From NCBI GenBank assembly GCA_050916045.1, contig CP051526.1, forward strand, positions 3,296,001-3,360,000: a DNA stretch of 64,000 nucleotides, in the 5' to 3' direction. Origin of the DNA: Tepidisphaera sp. (GTDB taxonomy: Bacteria; Planctomycetota; Phycisphaerae; Phycisphaerales; UBA1924). Within the stretch, counting starts at the first letter, position 1. Each line of letters opens with the position of its first letter. Shown here in pieces: positions 48,586 to 57,437 of the stretch. The position numbers and the translations under genes were made by a program. A model generated the notes under the pieces. The model saw only the letters and a list, made by a program, of their open reading frames with translations, was not told the DNA's origin and ran no database searches.

Positions 48586-48852
48586 TCATCTCTTCCGCTC
48601 GCGCTCCTGGCTCGCGTCCGGCGGTTCAATCGGCTCGCGGCTCTGGTGAATGCTCCGCGATGCACCGTCCGTGACGATGCGAACGAACATCACGAGGAAC
48701 ATGGCCACCGTGACCCCGAACACCCCGTGCACGATGGGCTCACCCGGATGGTCGCTCGCGAAGATAACCCCGCCCGACGCAACCGCCAGCGCCAGAAAGA
48801 TGAGCGCGAGTCTGGCCGACCTCTCCTTCGTGTCACGGTTCCCGGCATACAT
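48586..48852 (-). CDS. Small two-TM hypothetical protein
   Basis: LALIFLALAVASGGVIF and VFGVTVAMFLVMFVRIV hydrophobic segments; start uncertain. Confidence 0.5.
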   Translation of the reverse strand: MYAGNRDTKERSARLALIFLALAVASGGVIFASDHPGEPIVHGVFGVTVAMFLVMFVRIVTDGASRSIHQSREPIEPPDASQERERKR

Positions 48853-49005
48853 CACTTTGATTCTCGCGGCGGGTCTAAAGTGCACGGGTGGACTGAATGA
48901 AGACACTTCCATTCGGATCCGCAAACCCCTGATCAAGGGAACTCTCAGAGGACGCGCCGCATGGTTTCGTCTGACGCACCATCAAGCGGCACCGTGCCGA
49001 GCACC

Positions 49006-49836
49006 ATGAACACGCTCGAACGACTGTTCGACACCAGCGGCTTTCCCGCCCGGTGGAATTGCGGCCTCTGGTCCCCTGAGCTTGGCTGGCTTCACATCGT
49101 CTCGGACGTCTCGATCTTTCTCGCGTACGCCGCGATCCCCGCCGCTCTCGGGACGATCACTTTCAAGCGGCGGGATGTGCCGCTCCGACCCATTCTCGTC
49201 CTCTTCATCGCGTTCATCCTCTCCTGCGGGTTGACTCATCTCACGGACGCCTTGATGTTCTATCACCCGGCGTACCGTCTTCTCGGCGTGATGAAGCTCA
49301 TCACGGCGACTGTCTCCCTGGTCACCGCCTTTGTGCTCATCCGGAGCCTCCGCGGGGCCGTGCAACTCCCCCGAATCCTCGAAAGCCACCGCCGACTGCA
49401 GGAAGAGCTTCCGATCCGACGCGAGACGGAAGCAAAGCTCCTCGCCGATCGCGCTGTGCTCGAAGCAAGGTCCGCCGAACTCACCGCCCGCGAACGTCGG
49501 CTTACCGCGGCGATGGTCTCGGGAGACGTCGCGGCCGTGCGCTGGAACGCCGAGACCAACGAGATCGAGTGGGAGATGCGAGCGCACCAGGTGCTCACCG
49601 GCGCCAAGACCACACAGGGCCGGGTGACCCACTGGTCGGTGTCACTGACGCCAGAGCAGATGGCCGATCTCCGAGCCCGGTCGCTCGAAGCGGCCGTTTC
49701 AGGTCGGATCATCAGCCCCGAGTACAGCCTTACCGTTCCCGGCGGCGGAACGCGAACGCTCCGCATGACCGCATCGGCCGAGCCGCACGAGCCAGGCACC
49801 GCACCCATGATGGTCGGGATGTTCCGGGTCTTCTGA
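49006..49836 (+). CDS. Ethylene-receptor-type three-TM sensor domain + coiled coil + PAS-like domain, no output domain
   Basis: SDxxIxLAYxxIP, FILSCGLTH and MKLITATVS match the ETR1 ethylene-binding domain; PAS/PAC-like C-terminus (WNAETNEIEW...EYSL.VPGG). Confidence 0.8.
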   Translation: MNTLERLFDTSGFPARWNCGLWSPELGWLHIVSDVSIFLAYAAIPAALGTITFKRRDVPLRPILVLFIAFILSCGLTHLTDALMFYHPAYRLLGVMKLITATVSLVTAFVLIRSLRGAVQLPRILESHRRLQEELPIRRETEAKLLADRAVLEARSAELTARERRLTAAMVSGDVAAVRWNAETNEIEWEMRAHQVLTGAKTTQGRVTHWSVSLTPEQMADLRARSLEAAVSGRIISPEYSLTVPGGGTRTLRMTASAEPHEPGTAPMMVGMFRVF

Positions 49837-49851
49837 CCGCCGTGCCCGCGG

Positions 49852-51381
49852 TCAGGCCGAACCCGGCCCAGGCGGCGCAGCTCCCGAACCGCAAGCCTCC
49901 GCCTGTCCGGGCATGACCGGAAGCGTCACCGTGAACTCAGCTCCACCGGTCTCAAGGTTCCGCACCACGATGTTCCCGCCATGGAGCTCCGCGATGCCCA
50001 TCGCGATCTCGAGTCCAAGGCCGTGCCCCCGGCCCCGTCGCGCCTCGTCCTTGGCTTGCGAGAACCGGTCGAAGATGTGCGGGATCAACTCGGGCGGGAT
50101 GCCGCTCCCCTGATCGCGGACCGACGCATGCAGGTATCCGCCGCGGATCACGCCCTCAAGCGTCACAAGCGACCCCATCGGTGCGAAACGAATCGCATTC
50201 CGAAGCAGATTGTCGAAAATCGTCCTCAGCAGGTCGCAGTTGCCAAGCACACTCCGATCCACGCCCTCCCCGTCGGGGAGCCGGATATCAAGCCTGATGC
50301 CGAACTGCACCGCCATCGGTCGGGAACTCTCGAACGAATCCATCAGAACCTCGCGGATCAGGCAGCTCTCGGACCCGGGAACCTGCTGCTTGCCGTCGCG
50401 TACCCGCGTCAGAAGAAGGAAGCTGTCGACCATCCGGCCCAGACGGATCGCTTCCTCCGAGATGCTCCTGACGAAGTCCTTCACGGAAGCGGGAGCGCTC
50501 TCCAGCTTGACGGTCTGCGCTTCGGCCAGCATGACCGCGATGGGCGTCTTGATCTCGTGTGATACGTTCGACATGAAGCGTTCCTGACGGAGAAACCCCA
50601 CCTCGATGCGCTTGCGTGCCAGCTCAAGCTCACCCTGAAGCTCGGCCATCTCGGACGACGCGACCGGCACGGTGAGGTGCGTTCCGATGGACTCGGGGGA
50701 GATTCGCCGAAGGGCCCGAGTCAGGGCGTTGATCGGCTGCACCGCGATCCCCGCGATCATGTACGCCGCGATCGCGGAGGAGAACACGCCGATCAGCACG
50801 CTCATCACCACCAGTCGCGTCAGCACCGTGAGCATGGCCGTCGCGATGTCATCGCCGACGATCACCGTGAGCGTGCGCCGCCTCGCCAGTTCGTCCACCA
50901 TCGGGATCAGCGTGCCGCGAGCGCTCGATATCCGCGATTCGGCAGGCAGGAACTCGGCTCCCGAACCCGTGAAGAACTGCACCTCCATCGCCGCTGCGGC
51001 ACGGCGGGCGAGCCCGGGAGAGACCTCGTCCGTAGGGGCGACGGTGGTCGCGACCAGAGTTCCGGAATCGTCGAACACATGCAATGCCACGTCCCGCGCC
51101 CGCACAGCGCCGAACTCCTTGATGGCGAGCTCGGCCAGCCGCGCGTTCGTCATCGCGGGGTCGGAGGACAGTGCCCGCTCGATCCGCGTGGTCCTTTCGC
51201 GGAGTCTCTCGTTGAAGATCCCGTTGATCGACTCCGCCCGATAGAGCTGGAAACTCAGCGCCAGCGTCGCCTGAATAACGAAGAAGATCGCGACCGTCCA
51301 GAGGGTCAGTTTCAGGCGCAGCGAGAGCGGCGGGGGTCGCACAAGCGAGAACGTCGAAAGCAACGGAGATGCCGCTCGCAC
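49852..51381 (-). CDS. Membrane sensor histidine kinase (HAMP-HisKA-HATPase)
   Basis: Two TMs; FMSNVSHEIKTP, NLLRNAIRF, DQGSGI, IFDRF, GHGLGL. Confidence 0.93.
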   Translation of the reverse strand: MRAASPLLSTFSLVRPPPLSLRLKLTLWTVAIFFVIQATLALSFQLYRAESINGIFNERLRERTTRIERALSSDPAMTNARLAELAIKEFGAVRARDVALHVFDDSGTLVATTVAPTDEVSPGLARRAAAAMEVQFFTGSGAEFLPAESRISSARGTLIPMVDELARRRTLTVIVGDDIATAMLTVLTRLVVMSVLIGVFSSAIAAYMIAGIAVQPINALTRALRRISPESIGTHLTVPVASSEMAELQGELELARKRIEVGFLRQERFMSNVSHEIKTPIAVMLAEAQTVKLESAPASVKDFVRSISEEAIRLGRMVDSFLLLTRVRDGKQQVPGSESCLIREVLMDSFESSRPMAVQFGIRLDIRLPDGEGVDRSVLGNCDLLRTIFDNLLRNAIRFAPMGSLVTLEGVIRGGYLHASVRDQGSGIPPELIPHIFDRFSQAKDEARRGRGHGLGLEIAMGIAELHGGNIVVRNLETGGAEFTVTLPVMPGQAEACGSGAAPPGPGSA

Positions 51382-51386
51382 CGCAT

Positions 51387-52061
51387 TCAGTCCAGCACGC
51401 CGAATCGGTAACCGGCGTTCTTGATGGTGTGGATCAGGGTTCGCGGCGCATCATGATCAATCTTGCGACGCAGCGCGGAGATGTACACATCGACGACGTT
51501 GCTCGTGGGCTCGAAATCAAGCTCCCACACGCGCTCACCGATCTGAGCGCGCGAAAGCACCCTGTTCTGGTTGCGCATCAGGTACTCAAGCACGGAGAAC
51601 TCGCGCGACGAAAGATCCCAGTGCTTCTCCCCGCGCTTGGCCCGACGCGTGTAGAGATCAAGCTCCAGGTCGTCGCACCGCAGCACCTTGCCCTCGGTCG
51701 CCTCACCCCGCCGCAGCACCGCACGCACCCGCGCCAGAAGTTCCTCGAACCGGAACGGCTTGGAGAGATAGTCGTCCGCGCCCGCGTCCAGCCCGCGGAT
51801 CTTGTCCTCGACCGCGCCCAGCGCGGTCAGCATGATGACCGGCGTATCGACCTTCCGGCGCCGCAGATTCCTGCACACCTCGACACCATCGCGATCAGGG
51901 AGCATCAGGTCCAGAATGATCACATCGAACCGCGACCCGGCCGCAAGGTCCTCGCCTTCGAATCCCGAATGGCTGACCTCGACCGCGTGGCCGGCCTCCT
52001 GAATCGCCGACTGGATGCTCAGCGCCATCTTCGGATTGTCTTCGATCACCAACACTCGCAT
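51387..52061 (-). CDS. OmpR/CusR-family response regulator
   Basis: VLVIEDN, ILDLMLP, MLTA, GADDYLSKPF; winged helix (SNVVDVYISALRRKID, GYRF). Confidence 0.95.
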   Translation of the reverse strand: MRVLVIEDNPKMALSIQSAIQEAGHAVEVSHSGFEGEDLAAGSRFDVIILDLMLPDRDGVEVCRNLRRRKVDTPVIMLTALGAVEDKIRGLDAGADDYLSKPFRFEELLARVRAVLRRGEATEGKVLRCDDLELDLYTRRAKRGEKHWDLSSREFSVLEYLMRNQNRVLSRAQIGERVWELDFEPTSNVVDVYISALRRKIDHDAPRTLIHTIKNAGYRFGVLD

Positions 52062-52220
52062 GCAGACTTCTCCGTTGGGCCAAGTCAGAAGTTTCCATCA
52101 AATGGTAGCCGAAGCAACCTCGGACAAAGCCCCGCACGACCAGCGTACGAGCATCCTGACGCTGGACACGCGTTATCACTCGCGCCGACGCCCTCAACTT
52201 TGTGACATCGTCGGATCATT

Positions 52221-53075
52221 TCAAGCGGACCTCGCGAGGTCGGAAGGCGACGACGCGGAGACTTTGGCGAGCCGAGAGAGCTTCTTGACCGCGCTCGCGA
52301 GAAGATTCCGAACGACCGTCTGCCTCAAACCCATCGCAGCGGCGACCGCCTCCACAGACCGCGAGGTCCCGCCCTCGAACCCGAACCGCAGGTCCACCAC
52401 CGTCCGCTCCGCCTCCGGAAGCGACGCAAGCATCTCGACGATCGACCGCCGGAACCGCTCCCGCGGGGATCCCTCGTCGTCGCCCACGCCCTCCGAGGCG
52501 ACACGAACAAACGCGGCCGCTCCGAGATCGCTCTCAAGAGTGCCTCGCCGTTCGCAGGCCGACCGGCACGATCCAACCGCCTGCACGCGATCGATCCGCC
52601 ATCCCAGCAACTTTCCCAGTTCTTCATAGCTGGGCGCGCAGCCCGTAGAAGCGACGAAGCTCGCTTCCGCCCGGGCCAGAAGCTTGAGCGCCGCACGATC
52701 CGAACGATTCAGCCGCCCTCGCGTCGAGAGTGACTTGGCGAATGCCTCCGAAATGGACTGACGGATCCAATACGTCGCGTACGTGCTGAATCTGCACCCG
52801 CAGTCCGGATTGAACCGATCAACGGCGGTGATCAGCCCCACCTGGCCCTCCGCGACCAGTTCCTCGAGCGGAACGCCGCGACCCGCGAAGCGACGAGCCA
52901 GCGCCACGACAAGCCCCCTGTTGAACGCGATCAGCTTCTCGCGCGCCTCACGATCCTTCCCATCCCGCCACGCTCGCCCGTACTCCACTTCCTGATCGTG
53001 CGTCAAGAGAACGCGTCCGCCCGGGGACATTCGCGGAAACGTCCTGAACTCATTTGAAGCGACAGATGTTCCCAT
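52221..53075 (-). CDS. Alternative sigma-70 factor (RpoD/RpoS-like region 2, lacks region 1.1)
   Basis: AREKLIAFNRGLVVALA, ELVAEGQVGLITAVDRFNP..G.RFSTYATYWIRQ, region 4 (LPEAERTVVDLRFG). The start at 53075 has TATCAT 6 nt upstream. Confidence 0.9.
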   Translation of the reverse strand: MGTSVASNEFRTFPRMSPGGRVLLTHDQEVEYGRAWRDGKDREAREKLIAFNRGLVVALARRFAGRGVPLEELVAEGQVGLITAVDRFNPDCGCRFSTYATYWIRQSISEAFAKSLSTRGRLNRSDRAALKLLARAEASFVASTGCAPSYEELGKLLGWRIDRVQAVGSCRSACERRGTLESDLGAAAFVRVASEGVGDDEGSPRERFRRSIVEMLASLPEAERTVVDLRFGFEGGTSRSVEAVAAAMGLRQTVVRNLLASAVKKLSRLAKVSASSPSDLARSA

Positions 53076-53381
53076 GTTCGGATGATACAGACTCATTCCG
53101 GTCAGCAAGCCGAATTGCACATGAATCGCGCCTCAGCCTGCGGTCATGACGACTGTCACTCGCCCCTGCGCCCGTAAAGGCTGATTCACGCCGCCTTCAC
53201 CGCTCTCCCACGTCACGCACCTGACTCCGCAATGTCCGGTGCAGCGCGCCGCAGAACGACCACCCGCCGCCCGACGAGCAGCGCCGCCTTTCCCATGCCG
53301 TTTCGCAGCAGTCTCCGATGTGCCGATCACATGAAGGTTCTTTCATCGGCCGCTCGGGTAACCCGAACAGAAGGGCTTCCC

Positions 53382-53930
53382 ATGATGTCGCTGGCCGATC
53401 TTCTTTCCGAACAGATTCGCACAATCTTTCTCGCCGAAGAACGGTTTGCTCGTGCCGCGCCCCGACTGATCGAGAGTACCAGCACACCCGCATTCAGCCG
53501 CACTGTCGAAGAACTCGCCGTTCGCGCCACGCTCAGGATTCGCCGGCTTGAGTCCATCGCCGAAAGCATGAGCGTGCGGCTTGGAGGTCAGGGATGCCGC
53601 GCCATGGACGCTTTGCTCGCGGAATGTCACGAAGCCGCCGGGCTCGCCGGCAACGCTTGCGTGTGCGACATCGCGATCGCGTATTCGATCCAGCGGGCGA
53701 TCCAGCACCTTCTCTCTTCATACGCCGCCTGCCTCGCCCTCGCGCAGTCCGCAAGCCTGCACACGGTCGCCGGATCCCTCGCGGTCAGTATCGAGGACAT
53801 CTGCCAATCGGACGAACGACTGGTCCGTGTGCTCAGCACCGATCTCTTCAACTCCGCTCCCAAGGGCTCCCGAAGCCGGCATCTCTTTCGCCGCCGCTCG
53901 GGCGATCCGTTGGAGTTTGCTCCTGACTGA
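53382..53930 (+). CDS. Divergent DUF892 ferritin-like paralog
   Basis: LADLL..QIR.I..AE, RLE.I, C.AM.ALL.E and D.AI....Q align to DUF892, but most metal ligands are missing. Confidence 0.7.
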   Translation: MMSLADLLSEQIRTIFLAEERFARAAPRLIESTSTPAFSRTVEELAVRATLRIRRLESIAESMSVRLGGQGCRAMDALLAECHEAAGLAGNACVCDIAIAYSIQRAIQHLLSSYAACLALAQSASLHTVAGSLAVSIEDICQSDERLVRVLSTDLFNSAPKGSRSRHLFRRRSGDPLEFAPD

Positions 53931-54153
53931 GGCACCCGCTCCCTCGGGATGACCAGCAACTCGCGTTCGCAGACCGCTGCAATCGACACCGCCGGGTCGC
54001 GAAACCAAGCCGTAAGGTTCCTCGGGGGAGAGTTCCTCGTCCGCTTACTGCCCCCTTGGTCCCGAGCGACCCCGGCGGAGGGATACGCGTGCGCGTGGAA
54101 TGGCAGCCCATCGCAAGCAATGCGAAGCCGCTCGTGCCCGACGGAGACGATCG

Positions 54154-55125
54154 TTGACGAATGAACAGCAGAATCCCGAAAATCTCCCGGATCCGGCTGG
54201 CGAGGATCTGCATTCATCACCCTGGATCAGCTTCATCCTGGCGCACCTCGCCGAGGGCGTCATCCTGACCGACACGATCGGTCGCGTCACGCGAATGAAC
54301 CCCGCCGCAGAGCGTCTGACAGGCTTCTCCGAGAGCCAAGCGACCGGGAAGCCCGTCGCCGAGGTCTTCCGCGTCATCGAAGAAGGCTCGGGCCGGCTCC
54401 TCGAGCCACTGGCCATTCACGCCTTGGAACAGTCGAAAGCGGATCGCACGGGCGTGCGCCTCGTGTCGCGCGACGGCTCGACCCGCGCGATCCGTGAAAG
54501 TGCCGCTGCCATTCACACCGACGCCGGAACCACAATCGGAGCGATGGCGACCTTTCAGGTCGAGGCGGCGAGCAACCCTCAAGCAAGCCCGCGGCTCAAC
54601 AGCCTCGGTCACGACATGAGCAACCTGCTCCTGCCGCTTCTGCTCCGCTTGGACGCACTCGAAGAGACCCCACTCACGCCCGAAGCGAGAGAGGACGTCC
54701 GCGAGATCCGCGCGGCGGCACAGTCGCTTCAGAAGCTCGCGATCGCGTTTCGTCTTCTTGGACAAGGCGAAGAGGCGTCATGCTCGGGAGACAAGACACT
54801 GGTCGGGTCCTGGTGGAACCAAGCTTCGGGAGCGATAAGGTCCGCTCTTCCGCGCGGCTGGATCCTTGCCGCCGATCTGTCCGCTTCCCACCATGCCGCG
54901 ATCTCCGGTGCCGCGCTCACTCAGGTGATCTTCAGCCTGGTGCGAAGCTTGGGAGACGCACGGAAGGACCAAGCGGGCCAGGTCCTGATCCGCGCGTGGG
55001 ATGAACCGATGTTCGTCTGCATCAGCATCGAGTCCATCAGCGAAACGTCGGTTCCGAAGTCCGCTCAGAACTCTGGCGACGCCGCGACGGGAGTCTCGAC
55101 GATCCGTATAGCCCGAGCGATCTGA
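54154..55125 (+). CDS. PAS + HisKA protein with a degenerate/truncated ATPase domain
   Basis: EGVILTD..GRVTRMNPAAERLTG PAS; LGHDMSNLL H-box; N-box remnant LTQVIFSLV; no G1/F/G2 boxes; TTG start after GGAG. Confidence 0.75.
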   Translation: MTNEQQNPENLPDPAGEDLHSSPWISFILAHLAEGVILTDTIGRVTRMNPAAERLTGFSESQATGKPVAEVFRVIEEGSGRLLEPLAIHALEQSKADRTGVRLVSRDGSTRAIRESAAAIHTDAGTTIGAMATFQVEAASNPQASPRLNSLGHDMSNLLLPLLLRLDALEETPLTPEAREDVREIRAAAQSLQKLAIAFRLLGQGEEASCSGDKTLVGSWWNQASGAIRSALPRGWILAADLSASHHAAISGAALTQVIFSLVRSLGDARKDQAGQVLIRAWDEPMFVCISIESISETSVPKSAQNSGDAATGVSTIRIARAI

Positions 55126-55164
55126 TTCTCGAAACCACCCGGTATCAGCCGCCTGAGCAAAGGC

Positions 55165-55695
55165 TCACGTCCCGCCGGGCGGCGTGCGGCTGAAGAACCG
55201 CTTGAGCGCACGAAAGCCCGTGGGCTGCTTGGGAATCTCCACGCGCGGCAGCGGAGGCTTTCCGCGCACTGGCGCGGTTCCGCGATAGTGCTGGCGAGCG
55301 ATGTCGCCAAGCACGAAACTCCCGGCCGCGACACGCTGAATGCTCTCGACGATGATGCGGGGATCATCGCCTTTGGAAAGGTACCCCCACGCGCCCGCCG
55401 AGATCGCACGCTCGATGCACTCGTGCGTGACATACCCGGAGAGGAAAAGCACGCGACAGTCCGGGTGCCTGGAGGCGAGGTCCTCCATCATGACGAAAGG
55501 GTCCTGTCCGGGCATCGCAAAGTCCATGCAAACCACCGTCGGCGAAGTCTCGTCGATGAGCTTGAGAAACGCTTCCCGCGTGTCCGCGGAACCAAGCCAC
55601 TCAAAGCCATCACGGCCGTTCAGCTTGCGAGCGATCGCGTTGGACACCAACTGGTTGTCCTCCACGCACAAAACCCTGATCGCATTGGTGGTCAT
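55165..55695 (-). CDS. NarL-type receiver domain without a DNA-binding output
   Basis: IRVLCVEDN, CMDFAMPG, LFLSG, GAWGYLSKG, then a short Pro/Arg-rich tail. Confidence 0.85.
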   Translation of the reverse strand: MTTNAIRVLCVEDNQLVSNAIARKLNGRDGFEWLGSADTREAFLKLIDETSPTVVCMDFAMPGQDPFVMMEDLASRHPDCRVLFLSGYVTHECIERAISAGAWGYLSKGDDPRIIVESIQRVAAGSFVLGDIARQHYRGTAPVRGKPPLPRVEIPKQPTGFRALKRFFSRTPPGGT

Positions 55696-56014
55696 TTTGC
55701 GGACGTCCCCTCGGCGTCTTCATCCTCCGTCCGTATTCTAGACGAAGCAGCCTTCAACCGCCAGCGCGAGCGCCCGCATCACCATTGATCTCGATGTTGG
55801 CGACAAAGAAAACCGAAGAGTTTCGGCCACCGACCGCCACGCAACACGCGCGCATTGCGGCCTTGCCGGCATAAATCCGAAAACACGCTTTCTTCAGCGC
55901 CCGTGCCACGCCGCTGACCATGCTCGGGATGTCCATCCTCCGCTGGCGGGATTGCGACCCCAACGTCATTCCGACCGGGCGTCAGTTCCCCTCAAACCAA
56001 AGAAAGGTCTTCCC

Positions 56015-57280
56015 ATGAAAGTCACCAAGCTCATCGCAGCGTGCGGTCTGTGCGTCGCGTTCGGTACCGCGTCGGCACAAACCGAGGAGAGCACCAGCCA
56101 ACCGTCGAGCCGACCCGCGAACACCTCAAACGGAGCGTCTACGGGCAACGCGACCGGCGTCGGAGCGATCCTCAAACAGCTTGAAGGAAGCTGGAAGGTC
56201 GACATCACGGTCAACACCGAGCTCTGGAATCCGCACCTGTTCAAGGATGTCCGCAGCGACCGGCCATCCGACAGAAACGACGCTTCGCCGGATCAGTCCG
56301 ACAAGAAGGACAGTCGCACAACCGATCGAGCAAGCGGCGACAGGCTGGCTTCCGGCGACGGAATGAAGACCTTCACCGGCTACACCCGGACTGAGTTGAT
56401 CCTCGGCGAGGTGCTCCAGCAGACGACCTCCATGCCCGACCTCGATTCGACCATGGGCATGGGCGTCGATGAGATGCCGCACAGCAAGAACGGCGACCAC
56501 GACAAGAAGGACCGCATCCGCGACGGCGACGGCGATCGCGATCCGAGCAAGGGCCATTCCGACCGAAACAGCAAGCACGCCAGCGGATTCAAGGGCGTCT
56601 CGCTGCTCTCGTTCGATGAGGGTTCGAAGACCTACTCGATGGTCTTCGTCAGCAACTGCGAAGATCAGATGCATCTCAAGAACGGCACGTACACGACCAA
56701 CGGCAATCAGATTGTCTTCCACGGTTCCCACGATCACACCTTCGCCGCCGGCGCGCCCTCGACTTCCCAGCCGAATGAGCGGCCCAACACCAACTCCGAA
56801 GCCAAGCCTGCCACGCCCACGGACAACGCTTCGGCCAACCCCGGCCGTGGAAACGAAGTCGTCAACCCGGGAAACCCCAACAACCCCTCCATGAACCCGG
56901 ACGATCGCACGACCCAGCCGTCGATCGACACGGCGCGATCGAACCACGCGACCGCTTGGAAGAGCACCATGTCCGGCTGCCAGGTGGTCATCGACATCAT
57001 CAGCCCTGACGAACATCGCGTCACGATGTACGCGACCGAAGGTCCTCTCGTCCCGTCCCCCTCGAACCCGGGCACGCCCGCCCGCCTCGACAGCACGCCG
57101 CCCGACAACGCTTCGGGCATCAACCGCAACATCCAGCCCAGCGGCAACGAGCCCGCGATCGCGATGACGGCCGGCAAAGTCGTTTACCGCGCGGTCTTCC
57201 GCCGTGCGGCCGGTGACGAGATCGCTCGAACCCGCGAATTGACACGGCTCACCAACGCTTCCACGACGGACAATCGCTGA
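56015..57280 (+). CDS. Secreted DUF1579-like protein with long polar insertions
   Basis: Signal peptide; LKQLEGSW, FKGVSLLSFD...YSMVFVSN, GTY...IVF, IISPDEH.VTMY and YRAVFRR blocks separated by Asp/Arg/Asn/Pro-rich tracts. Confidence 0.6.
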   Translation: MKVTKLIAACGLCVAFGTASAQTEESTSQPSSRPANTSNGASTGNATGVGAILKQLEGSWKVDITVNTELWNPHLFKDVRSDRPSDRNDASPDQSDKKDSRTTDRASGDRLASGDGMKTFTGYTRTELILGEVLQQTTSMPDLDSTMGMGVDEMPHSKNGDHDKKDRIRDGDGDRDPSKGHSDRNSKHASGFKGVSLLSFDEGSKTYSMVFVSNCEDQMHLKNGTYTTNGNQIVFHGSHDHTFAAGAPSTSQPNERPNTNSEAKPATPTDNASANPGRGNEVVNPGNPNNPSMNPDDRTTQPSIDTARSNHATAWKSTMSGCQVVIDIISPDEHRVTMYATEGPLVPSPSNPGTPARLDSTPPDNASGINRNIQPSGNEPAIAMTAGKVVYRAVFRRAAGDEIARTRELTRLTNASTTDNR

Positions 57281-57327
57281 CCGCTTCGGCATCTTCGACC
57301 CTCGCAAACACAAAGCCCAACCACACC

Positions 57328-57361
57328 CCGGGGCCGTCGGCACCTTCGCCGACGGCCCCGG
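57328..57361 (+). terminator. Strong hairpin after the DUF1579-like gene
   Basis: CCGGGGCCGTCGGC-ACCTTC-GCCGACGGCCCCGG perfect 14-bp stem with a pyrimidine-rich tail. Confidence 0.7.
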
Positions 57362-57437
57362 TCTTCGCTTCCATCTCTCGTATTCCACAACCAGCGCCCA
57401 CCGCGCACGCCCCCGAGCTTTGTGCGATACTGCCGAG

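Noticed and set aside
30609..57400. Integrative element anchored at tRNA-Ser
   Set aside because: No integrase, transposase or phage genes, and no duplicate of the tRNA 3' end was found by eye in the window.
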